The notes under the pieces: model-generated
The model's database searches: none
What the model saw: only the letters and a program-made list of their open reading frames with translations
What the model was told of the DNA's origin: nothing
NCBI GenBank assembly: GCA_964478315.1
Contig: CAYZID010000003.1
Location: 1 to 60,323, forward strand
DNA: 60,323 nucleotides
From: an uncultured Myxococcales bacterium
Lineage (GTDB): Bacteria; Myxococcota_A; UBA9042; PHBI01; JAAZYN01
Direction: 5' to 3'
Shown: positions 9,467 through 19,336 of the stretch, piece by piece
How positions within the stretch are numbered: the stretch's first letter is position 1
Layout: each line of letters opens with the position of its first letter
Position numbers and translations under genes: made by a program

Positions 9467-10552
9467 ATGGGGAATGTGCGAGCGAGGCGCCTCGTGGGCG
9501 CGCTGGTGGCGTTGGTGGCCGTGGCGGCAGTGAGCGCGCCGGCCCCTGACACCCACGCGCGCAAGAAGAAGGTGGACATCAACGCCGTGTGGGGCGCCCA
9601 CTACGACGCGGGTCGCAAGGCCATGCGCGCCAAGGACTTCTCCAAGGCCGAGGAGGAGCTGCTCGCCGCCTTCGAGCTGGCCGACAACTTCGACGCCACC
9701 GACCCGCGCCACCGCAAGACCCTCCAGGCCGTGGTCAAGCTGTGGATGATCCAGCGCGCCTGGGGCGCCGCCGAGCCCTACCTGGAGAAGATCGTCGTCC
9801 TGGAGGAGGAAGCCCACGGGCCCGACCACCCGTCCGTGGGGCTGGCGCTGTCGCGGTTGGGTCGGAACTACGTGATGCTGAAGAAGTATGACAAGGCCCT
9901 GGAGAGCTTCCGGCGGGCGCTGAAGATCCTGGAGAAGTCCGACGGCCCCGACGGCAGGCGCGTAGCCAAGGTGAGGCACAACCTGGGCGAGACGTATCGC
10001 CGCGCCGGACAGATGGACAAGGCCATCGCGCTCTATCAAGCGGCCCTCACGCAGAAGGAGGCCAAGCTGGGCAAGGACGACCCGCTGGTGGCCACGAGCC
10101 TCAACGATCTGGCGCTGCTGTACAACCAGGCCAAGCGCTTCGACGAGGCGATCCCGCTCCTGCGCCGGGCGGTGGCGCTGCGCAAGCCCCTGGGACCCGA
10201 CGATCACGTCCTGGGACGCACCCTCCAGAACCTGGGCGACGCCCTGGGGGCCACGGGGAAGCTCGATGAGGCCGAGAAGGCCTACCTGGAGGCCCTGCGC
10301 ATCGCCCAAGCGCAGAAGCCCGTAGACCGACCGGGGATCGGGACCACGGGCAACGCCCTCGGCAACCTGTACCAGCTCCGCAAGCGGTTCCCCGAAGCCG
10401 AGCGCTACTATCGGATGGCCCTGGAGGCGCGGCTCAACGAGTTCAGCGCCCGGGACCCGCGCGTCACGCGGGTGCGCAAGAACCTGGCCACGCTCCTGGA
10501 GCGGATGGGAAAGACGGCCGAAGCGGAGGCGCTGAGAGCCAAGATCCGATAA
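9467..10552 (+). CDS. secreted tetratricopeptide-repeat protein (kinesin-light-chain-like TPR_10/12 repeats)
   Basis: ATG 9467 is preceded by GGAAGGAGG. Signal peptide is MGNVRARRLVGALVALVAVAAVSAP. About 42-aa repeats recur, for example LNDLALLYNQAKRFDEAIPLLRRAVAL and LQNLGDALGATGKLDEAEKAYLEAL. Confidence 0.75.
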   Translation: MGNVRARRLVGALVALVAVAAVSAPAPDTHARKKKVDINAVWGAHYDAGRKAMRAKDFSKAEEELLAAFELADNFDATDPRHRKTLQAVVKLWMIQRAWGAAEPYLEKIVVLEEEAHGPDHPSVGLALSRLGRNYVMLKKYDKALESFRRALKILEKSDGPDGRRVAKVRHNLGETYRRAGQMDKAIALYQAALTQKEAKLGKDDPLVATSLNDLALLYNQAKRFDEAIPLLRRAVALRKPLGPDDHVLGRTLQNLGDALGATGKLDEAEKAYLEALRIAQAQKPVDRPGIGTTGNALGNLYQLRKRFPEAERYYRMALEARLNEFSARDPRVTRVRKNLATLLERMGKTAEAEALRAKIR

Positions 10553-10681
10553 GCTCCCCGCATCACACGTTGAGTGGCCGCCAGCGATGGCGGACCGAGA
10601 CGAGCCAGAACGCGAGGACGGGGCGAGAGCGCCACGCCCGAGCGCCACGCCTCCGAGGGGACATCATCGGTGGAGGAGCCC

Positions 10682-13663
10682 ATGCGACGCGCACCTGGAT
10701 CTCTTGGCCCATCTCTCGGGCTGTCTCTCGGGCTCTGGACTCTGGGCCTGTCCCTCGTGGCCGCCGGGTGCCCCGGCGAAGCGCCGCCGACCTCGCTCCC
10801 GGACGTGGTGACCGACGCCAACCCCGATGGGCTGGGTGACGCCGCGTCGGACGGCGGCCCGGACGCCGGGACGGATCTCGGGACCGACGCGACGCCGGAC
10901 GGCGCGGGCGACATCGGCCCCGCGGACGTCGCCCCGCCGGAGTACGACGTGCCGGCCTACGTGCCGGGAGGCGAAGCCCTCGCGGTGGACGAGGTCATGG
11001 TGCTGCCAGGGCTCGAGGGGGTCGTCCGCGTGCTCTACGACGACCGCGGCGTCCCGCACATCTACGGAGACGACGTGCGGGACCTGGCGCGAGCCCAGGG
11101 CTACATCACGGCGCGAAGCCGCCTGTTCCAGATGCACACGCTGCGCCTGGCGGCGTCTGGACGGCTGGCGGAGATCTCGGGCCCCGGCGCCGTGAAGGGC
11201 GACGTCCTCCTGCGCATGTTGGGGCTGCGCCGCGTGGCCGAGGAGATGGCCGCGCGCGCGGAGACCGACGACCCGGCGCTGTACGCCGTCGTCCAGGCCT
11301 TCGCGGATGGCGTGAACGCGCGCATCCAGGAGGTGAACGAGGGCGCGGTCAAGGCCCCCATGGAGGTCGGCGTCTTCGGCCTGAAGCTGGAGCCGTGGAC
11401 CGTGGCGGACACGATGACCATCGTGCGCCTGCAGACGTGGGACCTGTCCTTCGGCGGGCAGTTCGACGAGTACGAGCTGCTCCAGCAGGCGCTGAGCCTC
11501 AAGGCGACCTTCGATGGGACGGCGCTGGAGGGGATCGAGCGCGACGTCCTGCGCTTCGACCCGCCGGGGCGCACACCGACCATCACGCCCACCGCGCCCC
11601 CGGCGGCGGCCACCTTCGACCTGGACACGGTGCTCAGCGACCCCTTCTTCGCCCAGATGTCGCCCCAGCTCCTGGACCGCATGGTCCAAGGCGAGCGGTG
11701 GATGCGCACCCTGCCGCACCACGCCATGCGCGGGGGCGTGGACTTCGGCAGCAACAACTGGGCCGTCTCCGGGGCGCACACGGCGAGCGGCGCGGCCCTC
11801 GTCGCCAACGACACGCACCTGGCCCTGCGGAACCCGGCCGTCTTCTACCAGGTGCAGCTCAGCAACACGGCGGCAGGCGGGGATCTCGACGTGGCGGGTG
11901 TGAACTTCGCCGGGGCGCCGGGCATCGTCCTGGGGCGCAACCCCCACGCCGCCTGGGGCGCCACGGTCTTCTACGCCGACGTGACCGACACCTACGTCGA
12001 GGACGTGAGCGCCGACGGGAAATCGGTGACCTTCGAGGGCGCCCAGGTGCCCATCGAGGACTCCACGGAGACGTTCCTGGTGCTGCGGCCCGGGGACGCC
12101 CAGTGCGAGGACCTAACGACGCTCGGCTGGATCGCCACCATGAACCCCCAGGTCTCCGCGCCAGACGACAGCCACTGCCAGCTCACCGTCACCGTCCGCA
12201 CGGTCCCCCACCACGGCCCCATCATCCCGTGGAGTCAGGGCGTGGACGCGGAGGGCAAGCCCACGGCCATGACCTGGCGTTGGACGGGCTTCGAGCCCAC
12301 CACGGACCTGAGCGCCATCTGGGCGCTGAACACCATCACGTCCGTGGACGACTTCAAGGCGGCCTTGGACGACTTCCAGGTGGGCTCGCAGAACTGGGTC
12401 TACGGCGACGCCGACGGCCACATCGCCTGGTACCCATCGCTGGACCTCCCCATCCGCAAGAACATCGCCGCCGGGGACACCACGCACCCGCCGTTTCTGC
12501 CCATGCCGGGTGACGGCTCGGCCGAGTGGACGGGCATCCTCGACCGCGCGGAGCTGCCCCAAGCGGTGGACCCGGACAAGGGCTACTTGGCGACGGCGAA
12601 CGCCGACCCCACGGGCATCTCCTACGACGCCGACCCCTTCAACGACGGCCCCTACATCGGCTACGCCTGGGCCCCTGGCTTCCGGCAAGAGCGCATCACC
12701 ATGCGCCTGGAGCAGCTCCTGTTCGACGGCGAGCCCATCACCGCCGACGACATGAAGGCCATCCAGGGGGACCACACCTCCAACGTCGCCGTCCGCGTGC
12801 TGCCTCACCTCATGGCGGCGCTGGCCGACGCCGAGGACGGAACCGACCCCACGGCGGCAGCGATGCTGAACGCGGCCGTCGCGGACGCCAAGGTCTACCT
12901 CACCGAGTGGGACCTCATCGCCTCCAGCGGGGTGGGGACGCCGGCGGACTCCCAGGCCGCCAAGGGGTCCATCGCGACCTCCATCTTCAACGCCTTCCTG
13001 GTGCGCCTCATGCACAACACCTTCGACGACGAGGGCATCCTCGGGAGCGACGGCCTGCGCATCCGGCTGCTCGTGCGGATGCTGGAGACCCCCGAGGAGT
13101 TGGTGACGTGGGACGAGGCGACGGGCCAGTCGCGCATCTGGGACGACCAGGGGACGGCCGAGACGGAGCTGTGGTCGACCATCATGGTCAAGAGCTTGGT
13201 GGAGGGGCTGGCCTTCCTGAGCGACCCCGCCGTGGTGGGCGTCGCGGCCCACGGTGGGTTCGGCACGGACGACATGACCGCCTGGCGCTGGGGCTCCCTG
13301 CACACGATCAAGCTCAAGCACAACGTGGCGGCCACCTTCGACATCCCCAAGCCCACGACGCTGCCCGACGGCTTCCCGCGCCCCGGCGACAACTACTGCG
13401 TGGACGCCAGCCACCCGGGGATGGGCGACATGAACTTCGCGTTCCGCAGCGGGCCGGCCATCCGCAACGTCTACGAGCTCACGGACCCGCCGGTGGCCTA
13501 CATGGTCATCCCGGGTGGCCAGGACGAGGACCCGTCGAGCCCCCACTACGCCGACGAGATGGACAAGTGGGTCGCCAACCAGTCGCCGGCGCTGGTCACC
13601 GACCCGGCGGCGCTGGTGGCGGGCGCCGAGCGCGTCGTGGACCTCGTGCCCGCCGGGCAGTAG
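10682..13663 (+). CDS. penicillin acylase family (Ntn hydrolase S45, penicillin/AHL-acylase-like) lipoprotein
   Basis: ATG 10682 follows GGAGGAG. Lipobox is LSLVAAGC, followed by an acidic D/G/P tether. The autoprocessing/nucleophile motif DFGSNNWAVSG is present, and family similarity extends across the full length (LFQM, NDTHL, ...). Confidence 0.85.
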   Translation: MRRAPGSLGPSLGLSLGLWTLGLSLVAAGCPGEAPPTSLPDVVTDANPDGLGDAASDGGPDAGTDLGTDATPDGAGDIGPADVAPPEYDVPAYVPGGEALAVDEVMVLPGLEGVVRVLYDDRGVPHIYGDDVRDLARAQGYITARSRLFQMHTLRLAASGRLAEISGPGAVKGDVLLRMLGLRRVAEEMAARAETDDPALYAVVQAFADGVNARIQEVNEGAVKAPMEVGVFGLKLEPWTVADTMTIVRLQTWDLSFGGQFDEYELLQQALSLKATFDGTALEGIERDVLRFDPPGRTPTITPTAPPAAATFDLDTVLSDPFFAQMSPQLLDRMVQGERWMRTLPHHAMRGGVDFGSNNWAVSGAHTASGAALVANDTHLALRNPAVFYQVQLSNTAAGGDLDVAGVNFAGAPGIVLGRNPHAAWGATVFYADVTDTYVEDVSADGKSVTFEGAQVPIEDSTETFLVLRPGDAQCEDLTTLGWIATMNPQVSAPDDSHCQLTVTVRTVPHHGPIIPWSQGVDAEGKPTAMTWRWTGFEPTTDLSAIWALNTITSVDDFKAALDDFQVGSQNWVYGDADGHIAWYPSLDLPIRKNIAAGDTTHPPFLPMPGDGSAEWTGILDRAELPQAVDPDKGYLATANADPTGISYDADPFNDGPYIGYAWAPGFRQERITMRLEQLLFDGEPITADDMKAIQGDHTSNVAVRVLPHLMAALADAEDGTDPTAAAMLNAAVADAKVYLTEWDLIASSGVGTPADSQAAKGSIATSIFNAFLVRLMHNTFDDEGILGSDGLRIRLLVRMLETPEELVTWDEATGQSRIWDDQGTAETELWSTIMVKSLVEGLAFLSDPAVVGVAAHGGFGTDDMTAWRWGSLHTIKLKHNVAATFDIPKPTTLPDGFPRPGDNYCVDASHPGMGDMNFAFRSGPAIRNVYELTDPPVAYMVIPGGQDEDPSSPHYADEMDKWVANQSPALVTDPAALVAGAERVVDLVPAGQ

Positions 13664-13698
13664 GGGGCGCGCCGGGCGGCCGCACGCCACCAGCGAGC

Positions 13699-14625
13699 TC
13701 AGGCGACGCCGCTGACCTCGGCGATGGCGCGGGCGAGGGCTTGGGGCACCTCCTCCTGGAGGAAGTGCCCGGCCTGCGTCTCTACGACGTGGGCGCGGGG
13801 CAGCGCCTCCACGTGGCGACCCAGCGCGCGCCCCAGGACGGGGTCGCGCGTGCCCCAGACGAGCTGCAAGGGGCCCGGGAAGGCGCGCACCCAGGCGTCC
13901 ACGCGCTCCAGCGGCGCCACGGACGGGTGCCCTGGGCCGTCGGGGACCATGCGGGCGAGCGCCAGCGGGCCGGCGCGGTGCAGGGGGTTCAGGAAGGGCA
14001 TCCAATAGGCGCGGCGTTGGAGGCGGCCCAGGCTGGCGCGGTCGCCCTGGGCGGTGTGGAGCAGCGGGAGGGGGAAGCCCAGGCCGCGAAACAGGGCGTC
14101 GGACAGGACGGGGACGCGCGCGAGGCGGTGGAAGCTGGTCCCGCGGAAGGAGCGCGGCGCGAGCACGGAGGTGTTGGCGAAGACGGCGCCCGTGACGGTG
14201 CCCGGCCGCGCCGCGTCCAGCCGCGCGGCCACGGCGGCGGCGATGGGGCCGCCCCAGTCCTGCCCCACGACGGTGAGGTGGTCCACGCCGAGCGCCCGGA
14301 CGAGGGCGTGCACGACGTGGACGTGGCGCTCCAGGGTGTGCCAGCCCACGGAGAGCGGCTTGGAGCTGAGGCCGAAGCCCACGAGATCGGGGGCGATGAC
14401 GCGCACGCCCGTCCCGCACAGGGCGCGGATGACCTCGCGCCACAGGAACGACCAGGTGGGGTTGCCGTGGACGAGGAGGACCGGGTGGCCCAGGGCGTCG
14501 GCGGCGCAGCGGTGGTCGAGGAAGTGGACGAGCTGGCCGTCGACGAGGGCGGCGCGGCGCTCGAAGGGCAGGGTGCGGTGGAGCCAACCCGGGAGCTTGG
14601 GGGGCAGGGCCCAGGACAGGGACAT
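13699..14625 (-). CDS. alpha/beta hydrolase, haloalkane dehalogenase-like
   Basis: Trimmed to ATG 14625 (MSLSWALPP...). It carries the HGNPTWSFLWR signature and the nucleophile elbow GQDWGG. The upstream 370 codons of the track ORF are Arg/Pro-rich and overlap other genes. Confidence 0.8.
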   Translation of the reverse strand: MSLSWALPPKLPGWLHRTLPFERRAALVDGQLVHFLDHRCAADALGHPVLLVHGNPTWSFLWREVIRALCGTGVRVIAPDLVGFGLSSKPLSVGWHTLERHVHVVHALVRALGVDHLTVVGQDWGGPIAAAVAARLDAARPGTVTGAVFANTSVLAPRSFRGTSFHRLARVPVLSDALFRGLGFPLPLLHTAQGDRASLGRLQRRAYWMPFLNPLHRAGPLALARMVPDGPGHPSVAPLERVDAWVRAFPGPLQLVWGTRDPVLGRALGRHVEALPRAHVVETQAGHFLQEEVPQALARAIAEVSGVA

Positions 14626-14663
14626 GGCGGGCCTCCGAGACGTCCGAGGAGGGGGCGCGGGGG

Positions 14664-15164
14664 TCAGAAGAACCAGCGCGCGCCCAGGCCCAGGTCGACG
14701 TCGAAGCCGACCTTGCTGAGCACGCGGAGCCCTGGGACGGCTTCGAGGAAGAGCTCCAGGGGCATGGCCTGGAAGGGCATGGACAGGCCGATGGGCACGC
14801 GGAGGCCTAGGAACAGCGGCTCCTCCCTGGCCCGCTGGGTGTGCTGGCCCAACTTGGCACCCAGGCCCAGGGTCAACAGCAGGTCCAGGTCGGGGGTGTG
14901 AACCCCCAGGACGTCCAGGTGGAGGAGGTAGTCGCCGCTGACGACGAAGGCGGCGTCCGTGAAGTCCCAGGAGAAGTGGAACTGGAGGGCCGAGGAGCCC
15001 GCGAGCCAGAGCTTGGCCGAGAGCCCCGTGGGCTCGCCCAGGACCAGGCCGAGCCCAAAGCCGGATCGGGCGCTGGCCGCGTGGGCGGGAGCCGGGGAAG
15101 CGCCGAGGCTGACGGTGAACAGGAGCGCGGCGAGGGCCAAGGGGCGAAGGGGGCGGCTGGGCAT
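14664..15164 (-). CDS. small outer-membrane beta-barrel protein (hypothetical)
   Basis: Signal peptide MPSRPLRPLALAALLFTVSLGASPAPAHA. Amphipathic strands alternate through the sequence. The C-terminus is ...LGLGARWFF with a terminal Phe. Confidence 0.55.
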   Translation of the reverse strand: MPSRPLRPLALAALLFTVSLGASPAPAHAASARSGFGLGLVLGEPTGLSAKLWLAGSSALQFHFSWDFTDAAFVVSGDYLLHLDVLGVHTPDLDLLLTLGLGAKLGQHTQRAREEPLFLGLRVPIGLSMPFQAMPLELFLEAVPGLRVLSKVGFDVDLGLGARWFF

Positions 15165-15268
15165 GGGGAAGCTCCGTGGGGCGCGGATCCGATCGTGGGA
15201 CCACCATACCGCGTCCCCCGGGCGCCGGCAGCCTCCTCTTGCGACGCGTCGCGCCGTGGTGGGCGCAC

Positions 15269-17578
15269 ATGGTTCGTGGAGACTTTCGGTGGAGTGTCCT
15301 AAGTTGGCGCGCGGAGCGCGCGGGGCGCGCGGTGGTCCAAGGACAAGGCGGGGGCGCGGTGGCGGCTGAGCGAGTGCAGGGCGACGAGGCGGAGGCGGGG
15401 CGCGCGGCGAGCGGGTACGCGAGTGAGCTAGCGTTCTTGGGGGACGCGTTGGCGGTCATGCGGCTGCGCTGCCGCGTGAAGATCGCGGCCATGGAACGCG
15501 AGGGGCTCATCGCGCGCGATCCGGTGGCGACGCTCTCGGGGGACGAGGCGGACCCCGAGGAGCTGGAGCGGGCGCTCGCGCGCGCCAGGGAGCGGCTGGC
15601 GGCGGGGCTCCGAGCCACGCCCGAGCCGCCGGCGCTCCACCGGCTCCAGGCGGCCTTCGACCTCGATGACTTCGAGCGAGACGTGCTGCTGCTGGCGCTG
15701 GCGCCGGCGCTGGACGCGACCTTCAACGGGCTATACGGGCGGCTCAAGGGGGTGACCTACCGGCAGCCGCTGGACGTGGACGTGGCGCTGACCGTGCTGT
15801 GCGAGAGCTTCGAGGAGCGCGTGCGGCGGCGCCAGGCGTTCGCGTCGTCGGGGCGGCTGCTGCTGGCGAACCTGCTGCTGGTGGGGCGGGGGGTGTCGGA
15901 CACCGGGGACGCCTTCCTGGGGTTGGAGCTGCGCTTGCCGGGGCGGCTCGTCACGCTGCTGTTGGGGCAGGAGGGCGAAGACGAGACGTTGCAGTCGTTC
16001 TCTCGGCTGGTGGAGCCGCGGGAGAGCCTGGCGCGGGTCATCCTGCCCCACGCCGAGAAGGCGCGGATCGTGGAGCTGGTGGAGCAGCACGGGGCTTACA
16101 GCGAGGCCCTGCGTCAGTGGGGGCTGGAGGACGCCATCACCTACGGGCGGGGCGTCGTCATGCTGTTCAGCGGGCCCTCGGGGACGGGCAAGACGCTGAC
16201 GGCGCGCGCCATCGCGGCCCACTTGGGCAGACGGATGCTGCTGGTGGACACGACGCGGCTATTGGGGCCGCACCACCAGGGCTTCGAGGCGAACCTGGAC
16301 AACCTCTTGCGGGAGGCGCGGCTCCAGGGGGCGGTGCTGTTCTTCGACGAGTGCGAGCCGCTGTTCGCGTCGGCGGCGCGGTCCTCGGGGCACCTGTCGG
16401 CGCTGCTCACGGCGCTGGAGCAGTTCGACGGCGTGGTCATCTTGGCGACCAACGTGGACCAGGCGCTGGACCCGGCGCTGGACCGGCGGGTGCTGTACCG
16501 GGTGACCTTCGAGATCCCCTCGCCGTCGCTGCGGGAGGCCATCTGGCAGGTCCACCTGCCCCCCTCCATGCCCGTCGCCGACGACGTGGACGTGGCCTAC
16601 TTGGGCCGGCGCTTCGAGTTCGCGGGCGGCTACATCAAGAACGCCGTGCTCCTGGCGGCGGGGCAGGCGGCGGCGCGGGTCGTCCGGGGCGAGGAGCCCG
16701 CCGCCGTGACCCAGGCCGATCTCATGGAGGCGGCCTACACGCAGCTCCGGAGTCGGCTGAACCGCTACGCGGACCGGGAGGTGGCGGACCTGCGGCTGGA
16801 AGACCTCATCTTGCCCGAGGACGTCAAGGGGCAGATCCGCGAGATCATCGAGGCGGTGAGCGCCCAGCAGATCGTCTTCCGGGAGTGGGGCTTCGATAAG
16901 AAGTTCAACAAGGGCCGGGGGCTCTCGGCGCTGTTCGACGGCGAGCCGGGGACGGGCAAGACCCTCTCGGCGGAGATCATCGCCGCCGAGCTGGGCATGA
17001 GCCTGTTCCGCGTGAACGTGGCGAACGTCGTGTCCAAGTATATCGGCGAGACGGAGAAGAACCTCACGAAGATCTTCGGGGAGGCGCGGAGCGCCCACGC
17101 GGTGCTGCTCTTCGACGAGGCGGATGCGCTGTTTTCCAAGCGCGTGGAGGTCAAGCACTCCAACGACCGCTTCGCCAACATGGAGATCGGGGTGCTGCTC
17201 CAGCTCATCGAGCGCTACGACGGGCTCGTCATCCTGACGACGAACCTGAAGACCAGCATCGACAAGGCGTTCGAGCGGCGGCTGTCGTTCAAGATCAACT
17301 TCCCCTTCCCGGACGCCGAGACGCGGGCGCGGATCTGGCGGCAGCTCCTGCCCCCCGAAGCCCCCTTGGCCGACGACGTGGACTTCGAGGACCTGGGCGA
17401 GTTCTTCGACCTCAGCGGCGGCTCCATCAAGAACGCCGTGCTGCGCGCCGCCTACCGCGCGGTGGCGACGAACCAGCGCCTGAGCATGGACCTCTTCGAG
17501 GACGCCGCGAAGCGCGAGTGTCAGGCGGCCGGGAAGCTCTACCGCGTCTCCTCGTCGCGCCGCGACGACCTGTTCTGA
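15269..17578 (+). CDS. tandem AAA+ ATPase (two AAA domains, CDC48-like) with helical N-terminal region
   Basis: Walker A motifs are GPSGTGKT and GEPGTGKT. Walker B motifs are LFFDECEPL and LLFDEADAL. A second region of homology follows each domain. The start is uncertain: ATG 15269 was chosen, and in-frame starts up to about 15470 are possible. Confidence 0.8.
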   Translation: MVRGDFRWSVLSWRAERAGRAVVQGQGGGAVAAERVQGDEAEAGRAASGYASELAFLGDALAVMRLRCRVKIAAMEREGLIARDPVATLSGDEADPEELERALARARERLAAGLRATPEPPALHRLQAAFDLDDFERDVLLLALAPALDATFNGLYGRLKGVTYRQPLDVDVALTVLCESFEERVRRRQAFASSGRLLLANLLLVGRGVSDTGDAFLGLELRLPGRLVTLLLGQEGEDETLQSFSRLVEPRESLARVILPHAEKARIVELVEQHGAYSEALRQWGLEDAITYGRGVVMLFSGPSGTGKTLTARAIAAHLGRRMLLVDTTRLLGPHHQGFEANLDNLLREARLQGAVLFFDECEPLFASAARSSGHLSALLTALEQFDGVVILATNVDQALDPALDRRVLYRVTFEIPSPSLREAIWQVHLPPSMPVADDVDVAYLGRRFEFAGGYIKNAVLLAAGQAAARVVRGEEPAAVTQADLMEAAYTQLRSRLNRYADREVADLRLEDLILPEDVKGQIREIIEAVSAQQIVFREWGFDKKFNKGRGLSALFDGEPGTGKTLSAEIIAAELGMSLFRVNVANVVSKYIGETEKNLTKIFGEARSAHAVLLFDEADALFSKRVEVKHSNDRFANMEIGVLLQLIERYDGLVILTTNLKTSIDKAFERRLSFKINFPFPDAETRARIWRQLLPPEAPLADDVDFEDLGEFFDLSGGSIKNAVLRAAYRAVATNQRLSMDLFEDAAKRECQAAGKLYRVSSSRRDDLF

Positions 17579-17783
17579 GCCGCCCGGACCGGGGAGGCAC
17601 GCGCGCCGGCCCGGCTCCGACCCGAGCGGTCGAAGCAAAGACCATACCAAGGTTCTGGGGAGGATTGTTGAAGGGGCCGAGGCGTGGTATCTTTGCGTTC
17701 GCAACGAACCGCTCGGGTGGGGGTCAGGGAGGCGCGACGATGGGTCTCGCGGCTGGCGCTTGGGGGGAGCTTGGGGAGGTCCG

Positions 17784-19238
17784 ATGGAGCTGAGACAGTA
17801 CCTGAAGATGACCCAGCAGCTGGTGATGACTCCCCAGCTCCAGCAGGCCATCAAGCTGTTGCAGCTCTCGCGGATGGAGCTCACCGAGACGATCAACCAG
17901 GAGCTCATGGAGAACCCCGTGCTGGAGGCGGGGGAGGTGGAGGCCATGGAGCCCGCCGAGGTCCAGAAGGGTCTCGACGAGGGGCAGGTGAAGCTGGAGG
18001 CCCAAGAGAAGAAGGAGGAGGTCCAGGCGGTGGACGAGGCCGCCGGGGAGATGGACTGGGAGCGGTTCGTCGAGGACTACAACCAGTACAGCTACTCTCC
18101 TGGGGCGGGCGGGGTGCGCTACTCCGACGACGAGATGCCGTCGCTGGAGCAGACGTTGACGCGCCACGAGAACCTCACCGAGCACCTGGAGTGGCAGGTG
18201 GGGCTCACGCCGCTCACGGACGAGGAGCAAGCGGTCGCGCTGGAGATCGTGGGCAACATCAGCGAGACGGGCTACCTCAACGGGGAGATGCTGCCGGTCA
18301 TCGCGGAGCGTCACGGGATGCCCCTGGACGAGGTCGAGGCGGTGCTGGAGGTCATCCAGACCTTCGACCCGGTGGGCGTGGCGGCGCGTGACCTCAAGGA
18401 GTGTCTGCTCATTCAGGCCCGGCACGACTTCCCGCGGGACAAGCTCCTCCAGGCGCTCATCGAGCGGCACCTCGGGAACCTGGAGAACCGCAAGATCGGC
18501 CCCATCCTCAAGGACCTGGACATCGACAAGAAGGACCTCGCCGGGCTGGTGGAGCTCCTCTCCACGCTGGAGCCCAGGCCAGGCCGCGGGTTCGGCGAGG
18601 TGGCGGCGCAGTACATCACGCCCGACGTCTACGTCCACAAGGTCGGCGACGAGTACGTGGTGACGTTGAACGAGGACGGGCTGCCCAAGCTCAAGATCTC
18701 GAACTTCTACGAGAACCGCATCAAGGCCCGCAAGGCGACGGGGGACGAGAAGACCTTCATCCAGGAGAAGTTCAAGAGCGCCGTGTGGCTCATCCGGTCG
18801 ATCCACCAGCGCCAGAACACGATCCGCCGGGTGACGGAGTCCATCGTGCGCTTCCAGCGCGAGTTCTTGGACAAGGGGGTCGCCTACCTCCGGCCCCTCA
18901 TCCTGCGCGAGGTGGCGGACGACATCGGGATGCACGAGTCCACGGTCAGCCGAGTGACGACGAACAAGTACGTGCACACGCCCCGGGGCATCTTCGAGCT
19001 CAAGTACTTCTTCAACAGCCGCATCACGACGACGACGGGGCGGGACGTCGCCAGCGAGGCGGTGAAGCAGCGGATCAAGAAGCTCGTGAGCGCCGAGGAC
19101 CCCGAGCACCCGCTGTCGGACCAGAAGCTCTGCGACATGCTCGCGGAGGAGGGGACGACGATCGCCCGGAGGACGGTCGCCAAGTACAGAGAGATGCTGA
19201 ATATTCCTTCGTCATCCAAGCGCAAGAAGCTCTTTTAG
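17784..19238 (+). CDS. rpoN: RNA polymerase sigma-54 factor
   Basis: MELRQYLKMTQQLVMTPQLQQAIKLLQLSRMEL region I. The RpoN box ARRTVAKYR lies near the C-terminus. GGGGAGG precedes ATG 17784. Confidence 0.95.
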   Translation: MELRQYLKMTQQLVMTPQLQQAIKLLQLSRMELTETINQELMENPVLEAGEVEAMEPAEVQKGLDEGQVKLEAQEKKEEVQAVDEAAGEMDWERFVEDYNQYSYSPGAGGVRYSDDEMPSLEQTLTRHENLTEHLEWQVGLTPLTDEEQAVALEIVGNISETGYLNGEMLPVIAERHGMPLDEVEAVLEVIQTFDPVGVAARDLKECLLIQARHDFPRDKLLQALIERHLGNLENRKIGPILKDLDIDKKDLAGLVELLSTLEPRPGRGFGEVAAQYITPDVYVHKVGDEYVVTLNEDGLPKLKISNFYENRIKARKATGDEKTFIQEKFKSAVWLIRSIHQRQNTIRRVTESIVRFQREFLDKGVAYLRPLILREVADDIGMHESTVSRVTTNKYVHTPRGIFELKYFFNSRITTTTGRDVASEAVKQRIKKLVSAEDPEHPLSDQKLCDMLAEEGTTIARRTVAKYREMLNIPSSSKRKKLF

Positions 19239-19336
19239 AGGCATGACGCGATGGGCGCCTCATCGCGGGGGCGCCCCCACCCGTCCGGGAGGCGCTCGAC
19301 CTCTCGGTGACCCTGGCCAACTTCACGGGAGCATCC

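Noticed and set aside
6847-9582. Alternative-frame ORFs over the TPR-like gene (6847..9219 +, 7340..8878 -) and the extended start 9582.
   Set aside because: They have the same high-GC artefact composition. The chosen frame has a signal-like N-terminus at ATG 9213, and the region upstream of it translates to low-complexity sequence.
12113-15747. ORFs 12113..14587 (-), 12526..14901 (+) and the 5' extension of 13699..15747 (-).
   Set aside because: They run antisense or out of frame to the acylase, dehalogenase-like and OMP genes. They are Arg/Pro/Gly-rich with no motifs. The dehalogenase signature begins right after ATG 14625.
17685-17696. TGGTATCTTTGC upstream of rpoN as a sigma-54 promoter.
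   Set aside because: The GG-to-GC spacing is 3 nt too short for the -24/-12 consensus (TGGCAC-N5-TTGC).
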